A stretch of 64,000 bases of DNA from positions 189 through 64,188 of the forward strand of contig CAZAZM010000011.1 in the NCBI GenBank assembly GCA_964489625.1, read 5' to 3'. Shown piece by piece: positions 50,947-61,678 of this stretch (the stretch's first letter is position 1; every line of letters begins with the position of its first letter). The notes beneath the pieces are model-generated. The model was not told where the DNA came from. It worked only from the letters and a program-made list of their open reading frames with translations, and did no database searches. The stretch comes from an uncultured Flavobacteriaceae bacterium. Lineage in GTDB: Bacteria; Bacteroidota; Bacteroidia; Flavobacteriales; Flavobacteriaceae. The position numbers and the translations under genes are program-made.

Positions 50947-53145
50947 TCAATTCGCAACTTCGCTGATGAACTTGATGCGCATGATCCTGAGCTCCTCGTC
51001 GTCATAATCCCCATCGAATTCGTCCAGGGCCAACTGTATCCTGTCGCTCTCCGCCTCCATGAAATACTCCATGATCTCCTCCTGCTGCTCCTCGTCGAGC
51101 ATCTCGTCGATGCAATAGTCTATGTTGATCTTGGTCCCGGAATAGACGATCTGCTCCATTGCCTTGACCAGCTCCTCCATCTCGAGGCCTTTGGAATTGG
51201 CGATGTCGACAAGGGGTATCTTCTTGTCGGTGTTCTGTATGATATAGAGCTTCAGACCCGAATTGACCCCCGTGCCCTTGACGATCAGGTCATCCGGCCG
51301 CGTGATGTCGTTGTCCTCCACGTACCTTGCGATCAGCTCCACGAACTCCTTTCCGAATTTCTTCGCCTTGCCTTCCCCCACGCCGTGCACATTGGACATC
51401 TCCTGCAGGTTGGTTGGGTATTTCAGGGTCATGTCCTCCAGGGAAGGATCCTGGAACACCACAAAGGGAGGCACCCCGTTCTCCTTCGCCACTTTCTTGC
51501 GCAGCTCCTTGAGCATTTTCATCAGCTGCTCGTCCACAACGGCCCCGGTTCCCTTGGCGCTGCTCACGATGCCCTGATCCGATTCCTCCTCGTAAACGTG
51601 ATCCTCGGTCATCATGAAGGATCCGGGATTCTTCAGGAAGTCCTTTCCCTCGCGGGTCAGCTTCAGCACCCCGTACTGCTCGATCTCCTTCTTCAGCAGA
51701 CCGGCCACGATCACCTGTCGTATCAGCGCCATCCAGTGCTTGTCGTCCTTTTCCTTCCCTATGCCGAAAAATGGCTCCTGGTGGGTCTTGTGGGAAATGA
51801 GCAGGGCATTTTCCTTCCCGATCAGGGTGTTTATGATCTCTTTTGAGCGATATTCCTCCTTGGTGTCCTTGACCACCTTGAGCAGGGTTTTCACTTCTTG
51901 CCCGGCTTCCTTTCTCTTCTTCGGGTTCCTGACATTGTCGTCCATGTCGGCCCCCTCACCGTTCACCTCGTCAAACTCCTCCCCGAAATAGTGGAGCAGG
52001 AACTTGCGGCGTGACATGGAGGTCTCGGCATAGGCGACTACCTCCTGGAGGAGCGCATTGCCGATCTCCTGCTCGGCAACCGGCTTGCCCGCGAGGAACT
52101 TCTCAAGCTTCTCGATGTCCTTGTAGGAATAATAGGCCAGGCAATGTCCTTCTCCCCCGTCCCTTCCGGCGCGACCCGTTTCCTGGTAATAGCTCTCCAG
52201 GCTCTTGGGAATGTCGTGATGGATCACGAACCGGACGTCGGGCTTGTCTATTCCCATGCCGAAGGCGATGGTGGCCACAACCACGTCCACGTCTTCCATC
52301 AGGAACATGTCCTGGTGTCTCGCGCGGGTCTTGGCGTCAAGCCCCGCGTGATAGGGTATGGCCTTGATGTCGTTAACCTGGAGCAGCTGTGCTATGTCTT
52401 CGACCTTCTTCCTGCTCAGGCAATAGATGATGCCGGATTTTCCCTTGTGGTTGTTGATGAAACGGATGATGTCCTTTTCGACGTCCTTGGTCTTGGGCCT
52501 CACCTCATAAAAGAGGTTGGGCCGGTTGAAGGAGGCCTTGAAGGTCTTGGCCTTCGGAATGCCCAGGTTCTTCAAAATGTCATCCTGGACCTTGGAGGTG
52601 GCCGTGGCCGTCAGCCCGATGATCGGGAATTTCCCTATCCTTTTGATGATGCTGCGCAGGTTCCTGTACTCGGGCCTGAAGTCGTGGCCCCATTCCGAGA
52701 TGCAATGGGCCTCGTCAATCGCCACGAAGGAGATCTTCTGGCGTTTGAGGAAATCTATGTTCTCTTCCTTGGTCAAAGATTCCGGCGCCACGTAAAGCAG
52801 CTTTGTGATCCCGTTCTCGATGTCGCTCTTGACCCTGGCCACCTCGCCCTTGTTCAGGGATGAGTTCAGGACATGGGCCACTCCTTCTTCTTCTGTGGTG
52901 CTGCGGATGGCATCCACCTGGTTCTTCATCAGAGCGATCAGGGGAGAGACCACGATGGCCGTGCCCTCCAGGATCAAGGCGGGCAGCTGGTAGATCAGGG
53001 ATTTTCCACCACCCGTGGGCATCACCACAAAAATATCATTCCCCTCGACCAGACTCTCGATAGCATCCTGCTGCAATCCTTTAAACTTACTGAATCCGAA
53101 ATATTTCTTCAAATATTTCTGCAAGTCAATTTTTGCCACTTTCAT
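50947..53145 (-). CDS. recQ: DNA helicase RecQ with an HRDC domain
   Basis: PTGGGKS, DEAHCISEWGHDFRPEY, QETGRAGRDG, HRDC VPPFVVFQD. Confidence 0.95.
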   Translation of the reverse strand: MKVAKIDLQKYLKKYFGFSKFKGLQQDAIESLVEGNDIFVVMPTGGGKSLIYQLPALILEGTAIVVSPLIALMKNQVDAIRSTTEEEGVAHVLNSSLNKGEVARVKSDIENGITKLLYVAPESLTKEENIDFLKRQKISFVAIDEAHCISEWGHDFRPEYRNLRSIIKRIGKFPIIGLTATATSKVQDDILKNLGIPKAKTFKASFNRPNLFYEVRPKTKDVEKDIIRFINNHKGKSGIIYCLSRKKVEDIAQLLQVNDIKAIPYHAGLDAKTRARHQDMFLMEDVDVVVATIAFGMGIDKPDVRFVIHHDIPKSLESYYQETGRAGRDGGEGHCLAYYSYKDIEKLEKFLAGKPVAEQEIGNALLQEVVAYAETSMSRRKFLLHYFGEEFDEVNGEGADMDDNVRNPKKRKEAGQEVKTLLKVVKDTKEEYRSKEIINTLIGKENALLISHKTHQEPFFGIGKEKDDKHWMALIRQVIVAGLLKKEIEQYGVLKLTREGKDFLKNPGSFMMTEDHVYEEESDQGIVSSAKGTGAVVDEQLMKMLKELRKKVAKENGVPPFVVFQDPSLEDMTLKYPTNLQEMSNVHGVGEGKAKKFGKEFVELIARYVEDNDITRPDDLIVKGTGVNSGLKLYIIQNTDKKIPLVDIANSKGLEMEELVKAMEQIVYSGTKINIDYCIDEMLDEEQQEEIMEYFMEAESDRIQLALDEFDGDYDDEELRIMRIKFISEVAN

Positions 53146-53316
53146 CCTCTTTTTACCTATTTTTGAATATTTTTGCAGTTCAAAATTTGCAAGTCGTCAT
53201 CAAATAAACTGAAGTAAAGCATCTTAGCGAAGATTCGGAAAAAGACCATGCCTTCAATGCATAGTATAAATATAAAATAATTTTTTGATAAAAATTTGCC
53301 AAAAATCACAGGAGAT

Positions 53317-54282
53317 TTGACCCAGAGGAAAAATATAATTGAAACGGCCAAAGAGACCATCCTGACCGAAGCGGAGGCCATCAGGAAAATGGCCGACCTG
53401 GTGAATTCGGATTTTGAGAATGCGGTAAACGCGATCCTCAGCTCCGATGGGAGGGTCATCGTCACGGGGATCGGCAAAAGCGCAAACATTGCGACCAAGA
53501 TCGTCGCAACCATGAATTCGACGGGAACCCCGGCGGTATTCATGCATGCCGCAGATGCCATCCACGGCGACCTGGGAAACATCCAAAGCTCTGATGTGGT
53601 GATCTGCATTTCCAAGAGCGGCAATACCCCTGAGATCAAGGTGCTGGTGCCTCTCATCAAGAATTCCGGAAACCCGATCATCGCGATCACGGGCAATCCC
53701 GATTCGTTCCTGGGCCGGAACGCCGACTACGTGCTCAACTCCTATGTGGAAAAGGAGGCCTGCCCGAACAATCTCGCCCCCACCACGAGCACCACGGCAC
53801 AGCTGGTCATGGGAGACGCCCTCGCCGTCTGCCTGCTGAGCATGAAGGAATTCACAAGCCGCGATTTTGCCAAATACCACCCGGGTGGAACCCTGGGAAA
53901 GAAACTCTACCTCAGGGTAAGCGATCTGGTCTCGAACAACGAGGTTCCCAAAGTCGGGCCCGATGCGCCCATCAAGGATGTGATCGTGGAGATATCGAAG
54001 AAAAGGCTGGGGACCACGGCGGTGGTCGATGGAAACAGGCTGGTGGGCATAGTGACCGATGGGGACATCCGGAGAATGCTGGAGACCCAAACGGACATCA
54101 AATCACTCAGGGCCTCGGACATCATGAGCAAGAACCCGATACAGGTGGATGCCGACACGATGGCGGTTGAGGCGCTCGACATCATGGAGGAGAAGAACAT
54201 CACGCAGATCCTGGTGACAGACATGGGCAAATACGTGGGCGTCGTCCACTTTCACGACCTGCTTAAAGAAGGAATCATCTAA
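53317..54282 (+). CDS. kdsD: Arabinose-5-phosphate isomerase (KdsD/KpsF/GutQ; SIS plus CBS)
   Basis: GIGKSANIA, AIHGDLG, SKSGNTPE, HPGGTLGKK; TTG start at 53317 or 53296. Confidence 0.92.
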   Translation: MTQRKNIIETAKETILTEAEAIRKMADLVNSDFENAVNAILSSDGRVIVTGIGKSANIATKIVATMNSTGTPAVFMHAADAIHGDLGNIQSSDVVICISKSGNTPEIKVLVPLIKNSGNPIIAITGNPDSFLGRNADYVLNSYVEKEACPNNLAPTTSTTAQLVMGDALAVCLLSMKEFTSRDFAKYHPGGTLGKKLYLRVSDLVSNNEVPKVGPDAPIKDVIVEISKKRLGTTAVVDGNRLVGIVTDGDIRRMLETQTDIKSLRASDIMSKNPIQVDADTMAVEALDIMEEKNITQILVTDMGKYVGVVHFHDLLKEGII

Positions 54283-54297
54283 AGCCTTTCCCAAACT

Positions 54298-55125
54298 ATG
54301 AGCGACAAGAACGCAGACATGTCATTTCTGGGACATCTGGAGGTGTTGAGGTGGACGCTGATCCGATCCTCGCTGGCCATCGTGGCCTTCGGGATGGTGG
54401 CCTTTGTCATGAAAGACTTCATCTTCAACCAGATCCTTCTGGCTCCCAAGGACCCCTCTTTCTTCACCTATCGCTTTCTCTGCTCGGTTTCGCAGAGCCT
54501 GGGCACGGACGGCCTGTGCATCGACGAGATCCCTTTCATCGTTCAGAGCCGGACCATGGCGGGGCAGTTTTCGGCCCACATCTGGACCTCAATAGCCTTT
54601 GGCTTCATCCTGGCCTTCCCCTACATCATCTATGAGGTGTGGAAGTTCATCAAGCCCGCCCTTTACGACAATGAGAAGAAGCACGCCAAGAGCTTCATAA
54701 TAATCACCTCCTTCCTGTTCTTCCTGGGCATCTTGTTCGGATACTACGTGATCACCCCACTTTCGATCAACTTTTTGGGGAGCTATCGCGTGGCAGACGA
54801 GGTGAAGAACAACTTTGATCTGAGCTCCTACACGGGCCTGCTCAAAGCCTCCTGCCTTTCGTCCGGATTCATCTTCGAGCTTCCGATCATCATCTACTTC
54901 CTGACCAAAATGGGACTCGTGACGCCGGAGTTTTTGAAGGAATACAGGAAATACGCCCTGGTGCTGGTCCTCATCCTGGCGGCGGTGATCACTCCACCGG
55001 ACATCATCAGCCAGATCATCGTGGCCATCCCCATGGTCATCCTCTACGAGGTCAGCATAAAAATCTCTAAATTTATCATCAAAAAGCAGGAGAAGGAACA
55101 GGCCTCCACTGCAGTTCGCAAATAG
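54298..55125 (+). CDS. tatC: Twin-arginine translocase TatC
   Basis: [26 protein letters not shown]. Confidence 0.95.
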   Translation: MSDKNADMSFLGHLEVLRWTLIRSSLAIVAFGMVAFVMKDFIFNQILLAPKDPSFFTYRFLCSVSQSLGTDGLCIDEIPFIVQSRTMAGQFSAHIWTSIAFGFILAFPYIIYEVWKFIKPALYDNEKKHAKSFIIITSFLFFLGILFGYYVITPLSINFLGSYRVADEVKNNFDLSSYTGLLKASCLSSGFIFELPIIIYFLTKMGLVTPEFLKEYRKYALVLVLILAAVITPPDIISQIIVAIPMVILYEVSIKISKFIIKKQEKEQASTAVRK

Positions 55126-55141
55126 AAAACCGGCCCAGACT

Positions 55142-55888
55142 ATGATATTACGCGCAGAGAACATCATGAAAATGTACGGCAGCAGAACCGTAGTCAAGAG
55201 CATTTCCCTGCAGGTCGAGCAGGGCCAGATCATCGGGCTGCTGGGGCCGAACGGAGCTGGAAAGACGACTTCCTTCTACATGATCGTTGGAATGATCAAG
55301 CCCAACGAGGGACGGATATTCCTGGATGACATGGAGATCACCAAGGATTCCATGTACAAGAGAGCTCAAAAAGGGATCGGTTATCTCGCCCAGGAGGCCT
55401 CCGTTTTCAGAAAGCTGTCGGTGGAGGACAACATCATGTCCATCCTTCAGTTCACCGAGCTCAGCAAGGACGAGCAGAAGCAAAAGCTCGAGGACCTGAT
55501 CGAGGAGTTCAGCCTCGGGCACGTTAGGAAGAACCGGGGGGACCTGCTGTCGGGCGGAGAGCGCCGTAGGACGGAAATCGCCCGCGCACTGGCCTCAGAC
55601 CCCAAATTCATCCTGCTGGACGAGCCCTTCGCGGGAGTCGACCCCATCGCGGTAGAAGACATACAGAGCATCGTGGCCCATCTCAAGGACCGCAACATCG
55701 GGATTCTGATCACGGACCACGACGTGCAGGCCACTTTGGCCATCACCGACAAGACCTACCTCATGTTCGAGGGAGGCATCCTGAAGGAAGGCACGCCCAA
55801 GGAGCTTGCAGACGACGAGCTCGTGCGCAAGGTATATCTTGGCGAGTCCTTCGAGCTCAAGGAGCGAAAGAAAAAGCTCAACATCTGA
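55142..55888 (+). CDS. lptB: LPS export ABC ATPase LptB
   Basis: [39 protein letters not shown]. Confidence 0.95.
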   Translation: MILRAENIMKMYGSRTVVKSISLQVEQGQIIGLLGPNGAGKTTSFYMIVGMIKPNEGRIFLDDMEITKDSMYKRAQKGIGYLAQEASVFRKLSVEDNIMSILQFTELSKDEQKQKLEDLIEEFSLGHVRKNRGDLLSGGERRRTEIARALASDPKFILLDEPFAGVDPIAVEDIQSIVAHLKDRNIGILITDHDVQATLAITDKTYLMFEGGILKEGTPKELADDELVRKVYLGESFELKERKKKLNI

Positions 55889-55899
55889 ATTGTCTGTAT

Positions 55900-55930
55900 A
55901 AAAAAACCCTGCCACAGTGAAGTGGCAGGG
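55900..55930 (-). terminator. Terminator between convergent lptB and the hypothetical gene
   Basis: CCCTGCCAC-agtgaa-GTGGCAGGG with an A-run on the left. Confidence 0.65.
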
Positions 55931-55989
55931 CATACATACAAACAAATCTGAAAAATTTATTACTAAATCTTTCCAGATGACTTCAAGCT

Positions 55990-56310
55990 TTAATGTTCAC
56001 CTGTTTCTATTCCCATGATCTTGCCTTTCTCACTGATCAGAAGATAGTGAGACCAGTTCCCCTTCTCTACGCGGAACTTATAGACATTCACATCGTTTTT
56101 TCTCACGTACGTGACTTCGTTTGCGATCTTGTAATTCGAGTAGTCCCTCAGGGATTCCTTCACGCGCACCGGGGTCTTCTCCTTGGTGGTCTTGAAAACT
56201 TCCTTTTGGACTTCCTCTTTGTCCTCCTTCTTCCTGTCCTGCGCCTGCACTCCCTGAAGGGTGAGGGCGCTGAACAAAAGCAGGGCGAAAAATATTCGTA
56301 ACTCTTTCAT
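55990..56310 (-). CDS. Small secreted protein (possibly PepSY/BLIP-like)
   Basis: Signal peptide ending VQAQ; TPVRVKESL...VYKFRVEKG...LLISEKG pattern. Confidence 0.65.
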   Translation of the reverse strand: MKELRIFFALLLFSALTLQGVQAQDRKKEDKEEVQKEVFKTTKEKTPVRVKESLRDYSNYKIANEVTYVRKNDVNVYKFRVEKGNWSHYLLISEKGKIMGIETGEH

Positions 56311-56484
56311 GGCTGATTGTGTTGTTAGTTAAACGTTGATCTGATCAGGGGAGCGCGGTCTGCTGACTGTTGCTCATCCAAATGTTGAAAAACTCAAGAT
56401 AACGAACAACATCAATAACAAGATTATCTTTATCTTTTCCATAGCGAAATCTTTTATTCTCTTTTTCATTCAGCGTTTTGGAGA

Positions 56485-57423
56485 CTACCATCGCGGGCTT
56501 CCTCTTCTCGATTCGAAATCGTATCCCAGCGTGAGCATGTGAGTCCCTCCATGATTTAACTCATTTGCTTCATTAATATTGTATGAAAATGCATATCCGA
56601 CGTAAAAATCCTTCTTTTTTAGCCCTAAAAGCGGGGTTATGGCCAGTGGCTCAAAGCTCTGATCATTGATGAACCGGGTGCTGAATCCCGCCCAGTAATA
56701 GCCGTCCTCCGTGATCTTCTTTCCCTTGACGTTGATGTCGGTGATCGATCTCTGATCGCTCTCGAAGTACTTGAAGTACAGCGAAGGCTCCAATTCCCAG
56801 ACACCTTCCTCGAACTCGAAGGTGTATCCCGTGTAGATATAATAGTTCCTCAGCTTCTTCGGTTCCGACTCGTCGAACACCTTCAGGCTCTTGTTCAGGA
56901 TGTTGGCAGCGTTGAAGCTGAAAAAGAAGCGCTGGATCTTGTACATGACGGCCGCGTCGAAGTTGTGATTCGAAGACGAGATGTTGGATCCCAGCAGGGG
57001 ATCGTTGTTCGGGTCGTCGAAGTCTGAGAAATCGATCCTGAACTGGGTGAATTTGTAGGACAGGCCGAATGACAGGTACTGCTCGTTGCTGCTCTTCAGG
57101 GTCAGGTGATGGGCAAAGGAAAGCTGCCCCCCGATCTGCGAGGTGTTCCCGTTCTTGTCCAGGTAGAACACTCCGCCAATCCCCGAACGCTCAAGTATAT
57201 GGGCGTCATAGGACAGGGTTTGCGTATTCGGGGCGTTCTTGAGACCCACCCACTGAAAGGCGCTGGTCAGTCGCAAACGGTTCATTTCGGAATCCCCTGC
57301 ATAGGCCGGCGAGATCAGGAAAGGATTCTCAACCAGGTACTGCGTGTAGGGCGTGAGTTTGAACTCCTGGGCATAGCCCAGACCCGTTGCCAGAAATATG
57401 AGTATTACTATGATTCGTTTCAT
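56485..57423 (-). CDS. PorP/SprF-family T9SS outer-membrane beta-barrel
   Basis: YTQYLVENPFLISPAYAG, QWVGL..APNTQTLS, GTHMLTLGY; directly after a type-B CTD gene. Confidence 0.9.
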   Translation of the reverse strand: MKRIIVILIFLATGLGYAQEFKLTPYTQYLVENPFLISPAYAGDSEMNRLRLTSAFQWVGLKNAPNTQTLSYDAHILERSGIGGVFYLDKNGNTSQIGGQLSFAHHLTLKSSNEQYLSFGLSYKFTQFRIDFSDFDDPNNDPLLGSNISSSNHNFDAAVMYKIQRFFFSFNAANILNKSLKVFDESEPKKLRNYYIYTGYTFEFEEGVWELEPSLYFKYFESDQRSITDINVKGKKITEDGYYWAGFSTRFINDQSFEPLAITPLLGLKKKDFYVGYAFSYNINEANELNHGGTHMLTLGYDFESRRGSPRW

Positions 57424-57431
57424 AACGCTTT

Positions 57432-60400
57432 CTATCTAACTAAGCTAAAATTCCCTTTAAACACCCTGTTGTCCGATCTCTCGTTGAGACTGATCACGTA
57501 CCAGTAGTCTCCACTCGGCAGCGGGCTTCCCTTGTAGTATCCGTCCCAGCTGTGGGTATTGCCCTCGTAGCTGGCCAGCAGGCGCTGGTACCTGTCGAAG
57601 ATCTTGACCGAGATGCTCGGATAGATCTCTATGTTGATCGGATACCAGGTATCATTGATTCCATCTCCCTGGGGGGTGAAGAAATCCGGAATTTCAATGT
57701 CGAGGAACTCCAGGAAGAAAGTTTGCTCAAGGACGCAGCCTCTCTGGTCCCTGACCGCGAAGACATAGTCCCGCGTCTCTCTCGAGTTCCTCAGATTGAG
57801 CACATTGTTGAGTCCGAAATCGTCATTCGAATCCAGGCTGTACTCGTAGTCGGGGTTGCCACCTGAAGCAACCACGGTGTATTCGTTGATGCCGGTCTCC
57901 ACCAGCTCGAAGCTGATCGGCTCGTATCTTTCCACGGTCACTTCCACCGGGTCGTCACCGCATCCGAATTCCTTGTGCCTCACGGTCACCGTGTGCTTTC
58001 CGGCGCTCACGTCCTCGAAGATCCCCGAGTCCTGGCTGATGTTGCCATCCAGGATATAGGTCACCTCGTTCTCATAGATCGGGTCCACGCTCGCGATGAT
58101 CATATTGTTGGCTCCCTCGCAGGAGAAATCAGTGGTCGCGGTGAGGTCAAGCTCGATGAGCTGCTCAACCTTCAGGGTCTCCTGCATCACGCAGGAGTGG
58201 AATTCGTTTTCCTTTTTGATGTAGAGCTCGTAGCTGCCCACTTCCAGGCCGCCGAATTCAGGGCTGTTCTTGTAGGTGTTTCCATCCAGGCTGTAGCTGA
58301 TCTTGTACCCCTGGTCATTCGACACGCTTATATTGATCCTGCCGTCCGAGTCTCCCACGCAGATCACGTCCTCCTGGGCAACCTCGTACTCGATCTCCTT
58401 GTCCAGCCCCATGGGCACTTCAGCCGTGGCCGTGCAGCCATTGGCATCCCTGACGATCACCTCGTACACTTTCTCGATATTGGCCGTGAAATCGGTCTCG
58501 GACTGGTAGCTCTGCCCGTTGTCGATGCTGTACTCGTAAGGAGCGACACCGCCAGTGGCAGAAGCCCTTATCCCTCCGCTCAACACCTCTCCGTTGCACA
58601 TTGCCGCATTGTAGAGTTTGCTCGCGCTGATCTGCAGCAGGGTCGGCTCGGCGATCGAGAACTCGGATACGTCGAAGCATCCGTCGGCGTTGATCGATTT
58701 GACCGTGTAATTTCCGATATCCAGATTGGAGAAGACGTGCTCGGATGAGGTCTTGGTGACCGAGTTCAACATGCTCGATCCGCGGTAAAGCTCAAAAGTA
58801 TAGGAGCTGGAATCTTCGTTGATCTTGACGTTGACGCTTCCGTTGCTGTCCTTGCACAGTGCGTCTGCCGGGGTCACGGTCACGTCGAGCCCAAGCACGG
58901 TTACCACCCTCGTGGTCTCTGTACATCCGGTCCTTCTTTGCGTCGCGGTGTATACTCCCGCACCGGTTACGGTGATCTCCTTGGTGTTTCCGATCACATT
59001 GCCCGCCTCATCGGTCCAGATATAGGTGTCATAGCCATCGTCTCCCTCAAAGGTCAGGCTGTTGTTGCAGAAGAACAGCTCGCTGTCAAAGGAGCAGGAG
59101 CTCGTGTCGACAAAAAGGTCCATGGAGCCCACGCTTCCCAGTCCGCAGCCATTGATCCCGTTGAGACCCGGCTGTCCGGATACGTTCTGCCCGGAGGTTT
59201 CCCCGTCATAGTAAGAGCTGATGCTGTTCTCCAGCAGGTTGGTACAGGCGTCCGAATAGTCAAAGCACTGGTCAGAGGCCGTAACCTGGTACCTGATGGA
59301 ATGGCTTGTTGAGAGAACCCGTCGCTCCACGAGATCGTCGGCGATCTCGAACCTGAGCTCCCGGCTTGCCGAATTATAGGTATAGCTCACACCCGCCGGC
59401 ACTTCGATGGAACCCTCGTCCAGGGTGACATTGATGGGCAGGGTATTGAGTATATAGGTGTTCTGAGCGTTGTCCGTACCGATGTTCTGGAAGTCGATGT
59501 TGTACCAGACGGTGGATCCCAGGGGCACCGGAGACTGGTGGGTGATCTGGTTGCCCGAAGTGTCCTCCACGCTGGTGATCACTTGCAGGTTGGGCTCTAT
59601 GATGTTGATCGAGAAGGTATTGAGGAAGGTGTAGATCCAGTCTCCCCCAACGTCGTTGGTGACCCTTACCGTGGCACCGGTCTCCCCGTTCCCTATAAGA
59701 TTGTTCCCGGGATTCAGATCCGTCAGATTCAAAAGTTTTTGATCCCAACCCAAAGTGTTGGTACTATTGAGGTTACGATCAGTCACCTGAGATCCGTCTT
59801 TAGTTATCTTACTGTTGAAGAAGTTGTTTGCTTCGTTCTCTGCATCATACAAGGGCGTGAAGCCTGCATTGCCATCGGCCTTGAAGAGCAGCTGGTCTCC
59901 GTACCAGCCCAGGTCCCCTTCCAGCGCTGCGACCCCTACCCGGCCTTCCACAGGTCCTGAAGGAGGAGTCGTGAACCCCGAATAGTTGAAGTCCACCTGG
60001 TTGTTGGGCGCATCCCGGACGGCAGAGAAACCATCAAAGGTCGAGATGTATTTGCGCGTCTCATTCGGATCCTCATACACGATGACAAGGGACCAGCCCG
60101 CTGAGCTGTTGGCACCTTCGGAGGAACTGATGTTCGCGACGAAATAGTCGCCCGAGATATTGTTGTTGGTCGCTACTATCGAAGTAACGTCCTTATAGTA
60201 AATGAGATCTATGGTCAGGTCAGCCGTGATGTCCTGGTAGGGTTTCCCCGGGATCTTGAACTTGATATTCTCGGGTTCCAGGTTGGCAGGAGCCGAAACG
60301 GCACCCCAGTAAAGTCCGGCATATACGATACGGTTACAGGCATCGGTAGTAAAACGTGCGCTGCTGGAATTGAAGGTGCTGGCATTGTTGTCAATATCAA

Positions 60401-60623
60401 CGAAAACCATGTCGATGAAGTTATTCTGCGTATCCCCGTTATAGGGCGTGTCAGGGCTGTCTCCCAAAATCGAGTTTCCGATGATGGTCAGGTCTCCGTT
60501 GATCCCCTGGGTCTCAAACCGCTGAACGAAAGGCGTAGTGGTCTGTGCCTGGGCAAAAAATGCAACGAAAAGAAATGCAAATGCTAGATACTTTAAGAAT
60601 TTGGGTTGATGATCTGTTTTCAT
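57432..60623 (-). CDS. T9SS type-B cargo (SprB-like repeats, gliding-motility C-terminal domain)
   Basis: Signal peptide; Ig/SprB-like repeats (GGVAPYEYS, GGNPDYEYS); CTD IPDFFTPQGDGINDTW...IFDRY...WDG...LPSGDYWY...FSLVR. Confidence 0.92.
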   Translation of the reverse strand: MKTDHQPKFLKYLAFAFLFVAFFAQAQTTTPFVQRFETQGINGDLTIIGNSILGDSPDTPYNGDTQNNFIDMVFVDIDNNASTFNSSSARFTTDACNRIVYAGLYWGAVSAPANLEPENIKFKIPGKPYQDITADLTIDLIYYKDVTSIVATNNNISGDYFVANISSSEGANSSAGWSLVIVYEDPNETRKYISTFDGFSAVRDAPNNQVDFNYSGFTTPPSGPVEGRVGVAALEGDLGWYGDQLLFKADGNAGFTPLYDAENEANNFFNSKITKDGSQVTDRNLNSTNTLGWDQKLLNLTDLNPGNNLIGNGETGATVRVTNDVGGDWIYTFLNTFSINIIEPNLQVITSVEDTSGNQITHQSPVPLGSTVWYNIDFQNIGTDNAQNTYILNTLPINVTLDEGSIEVPAGVSYTYNSASRELRFEIADDLVERRVLSTSHSIRYQVTASDQCFDYSDACTNLLENSISSYYDGETSGQNVSGQPGLNGINGCGLGSVGSMDLFVDTSSCSFDSELFFCNNSLTFEGDDGYDTYIWTDEAGNVIGNTKEITVTGAGVYTATQRRTGCTETTRVVTVLGLDVTVTPADALCKDSNGSVNVKINEDSSSYTFELYRGSSMLNSVTKTSSEHVFSNLDIGNYTVKSINADGCFDVSEFSIAEPTLLQISASKLYNAAMCNGEVLSGGIRASATGGVAPYEYSIDNGQSYQSETDFTANIEKVYEVIVRDANGCTATAEVPMGLDKEIEYEVAQEDVICVGDSDGRINISVSNDQGYKISYSLDGNTYKNSPEFGGLEVGSYELYIKKENEFHSCVMQETLKVEQLIELDLTATTDFSCEGANNMIIASVDPIYENEVTYILDGNISQDSGIFEDVSAGKHTVTVRHKEFGCGDDPVEVTVERYEPISFELVETGINEYTVVASGGNPDYEYSLDSNDDFGLNNVLNLRNSRETRDYVFAVRDQRGCVLEQTFFLEFLDIEIPDFFTPQGDGINDTWYPINIEIYPSISVKIFDRYQRLLASYEGNTHSWDGYYKGSPLPSGDYWYVISLNERSDNRVFKGNFSLVR

Positions 60624-61026
60624 GGCAATTATTTAATTAAACGAAAACGTTAAGTAAATAATGACAAAACAGGGAGAAGATTTATATCATTACGTATAAC
60701 ACTCCAATAACACGATTATCGCCAAAAAATTGTGTGACGGCCATTTTTTTTGGGTAAAATGCAGGGCTTTAGATCCCTGTTCCAAAGTCTTTGACAATTA
60801 ACGATTTGAATTGGACATGGATTCAGTCAGCCTCATTCCCTTCCTTTGAGCATCTTATCTGAGTCCCTCCAACGCATCTGCAAAAATGCCTTTTGGCAGC
60901 CGCAAATGAATATGGCCTTCGGCCTGAGGAAAAGATGGAAAACCATGAATGCAACTGGAGAAAAAGTCTTAAATTTGATAAGGGTCATCGGACCCTTTGA
61001 AGTATAAACCCCTAAACTCTTTTTTC

Positions 61027-61578
61027 ATGAAAAGCAATTCTTTAAACAGACTGCCGGTGGTCCTCCTGGTGATGGCGATGCTGGCTTCTTTTGGCGTGAG
61101 CGCCCAGATCGGTGGTTGGAAGGCCGACCTAATAGAAGATTCCGAAAAAGCCCTGGCTGAAATGATCAAGGACCAGCCCAAACTGCAGTCTTTCAAGGAC
61201 AAATCCTACGGGTATGCCGTATTCCCCAAGGTGACCAAAGGAGCCTTTGGCGTGGGAGGCGCCGGAGGTAAAGGAATCGTGTACAAGAACCACGTGCCTA
61301 CCGGAGAGTCGACTCTGTCTCAGGTCACGGTCGGCTTCCAGGCAGGAGGCCAGCAATACAAGGAAGTGATCTTCTTTGAAAATGCAAAGGCCTATGAAAA
61401 GTTCACCAACAAAAAAGTGAAATTCGACGGTCAGGCCTCAGCTGTGGCGATTACCGAAGGTGGCTCCGTGGATGTGGCCTTCAAGGACGGGATGGCGGTG
61501 TTCACTCATACCAGCGGCGGACTCATGTTCGAAGCATCCATTGGAGGACAGCATTTCTCGTTCAAACCGAAGAAGTAG
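61027..61578 (+). CDS. YSC84/SYLF-domain secreted protein
   Basis: YAVFPKVTKGAFGVGG..GKG, GFQAGGQ, GGLMFEASIGGQ; ATG 61027; TAAATTTG box at 60970-60977. Confidence 0.88.
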   Translation: MKSNSLNRLPVVLLVMAMLASFGVSAQIGGWKADLIEDSEKALAEMIKDQPKLQSFKDKSYGYAVFPKVTKGAFGVGGAGGKGIVYKNHVPTGESTLSQVTVGFQAGGQQYKEVIFFENAKAYEKFTNKKVKFDGQASAVAITEGGSVDVAFKDGMAVFTHTSGGLMFEASIGGQHFSFKPKK

Positions 61579-61640
61579 GGAATCCGGCGCATAGCCAACC
61601 CGACAACATTAGGAATGACATAGGCGTTCCGAATGAATCC

Positions 61641-61678
61641 AAACTCAGGACTGAACCCTTTCAGCTCCTGAGTTTTTT
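61641..61678 (+). terminator. Terminator after the YSC84 gene
   Basis: AAACTCAGGA-CTGAA..TTCAG-C-TCCTGAGTTT followed by a T-run. Confidence 0.7.

Noticed and set aside
41408-53145. Two RecQ helicases, and the triple PPIase + MoxR cluster at 35415-40439
   Set aside because: To my knowledge these are ordinary conserved Flavobacteriaceae arrangements; the Gly-rich insert in the second RecQ (GPGGPGSGTGG) is probably a variable loop
60826-60946. Possible 37-aa ORF (MVFHLFLRPKAIF...) and an imperfect A/T inverted repeat at 60722-60753
   Set aside because: No coding-type codon bias and no terminator or promoter support; the repeat consists of homopolymer runs
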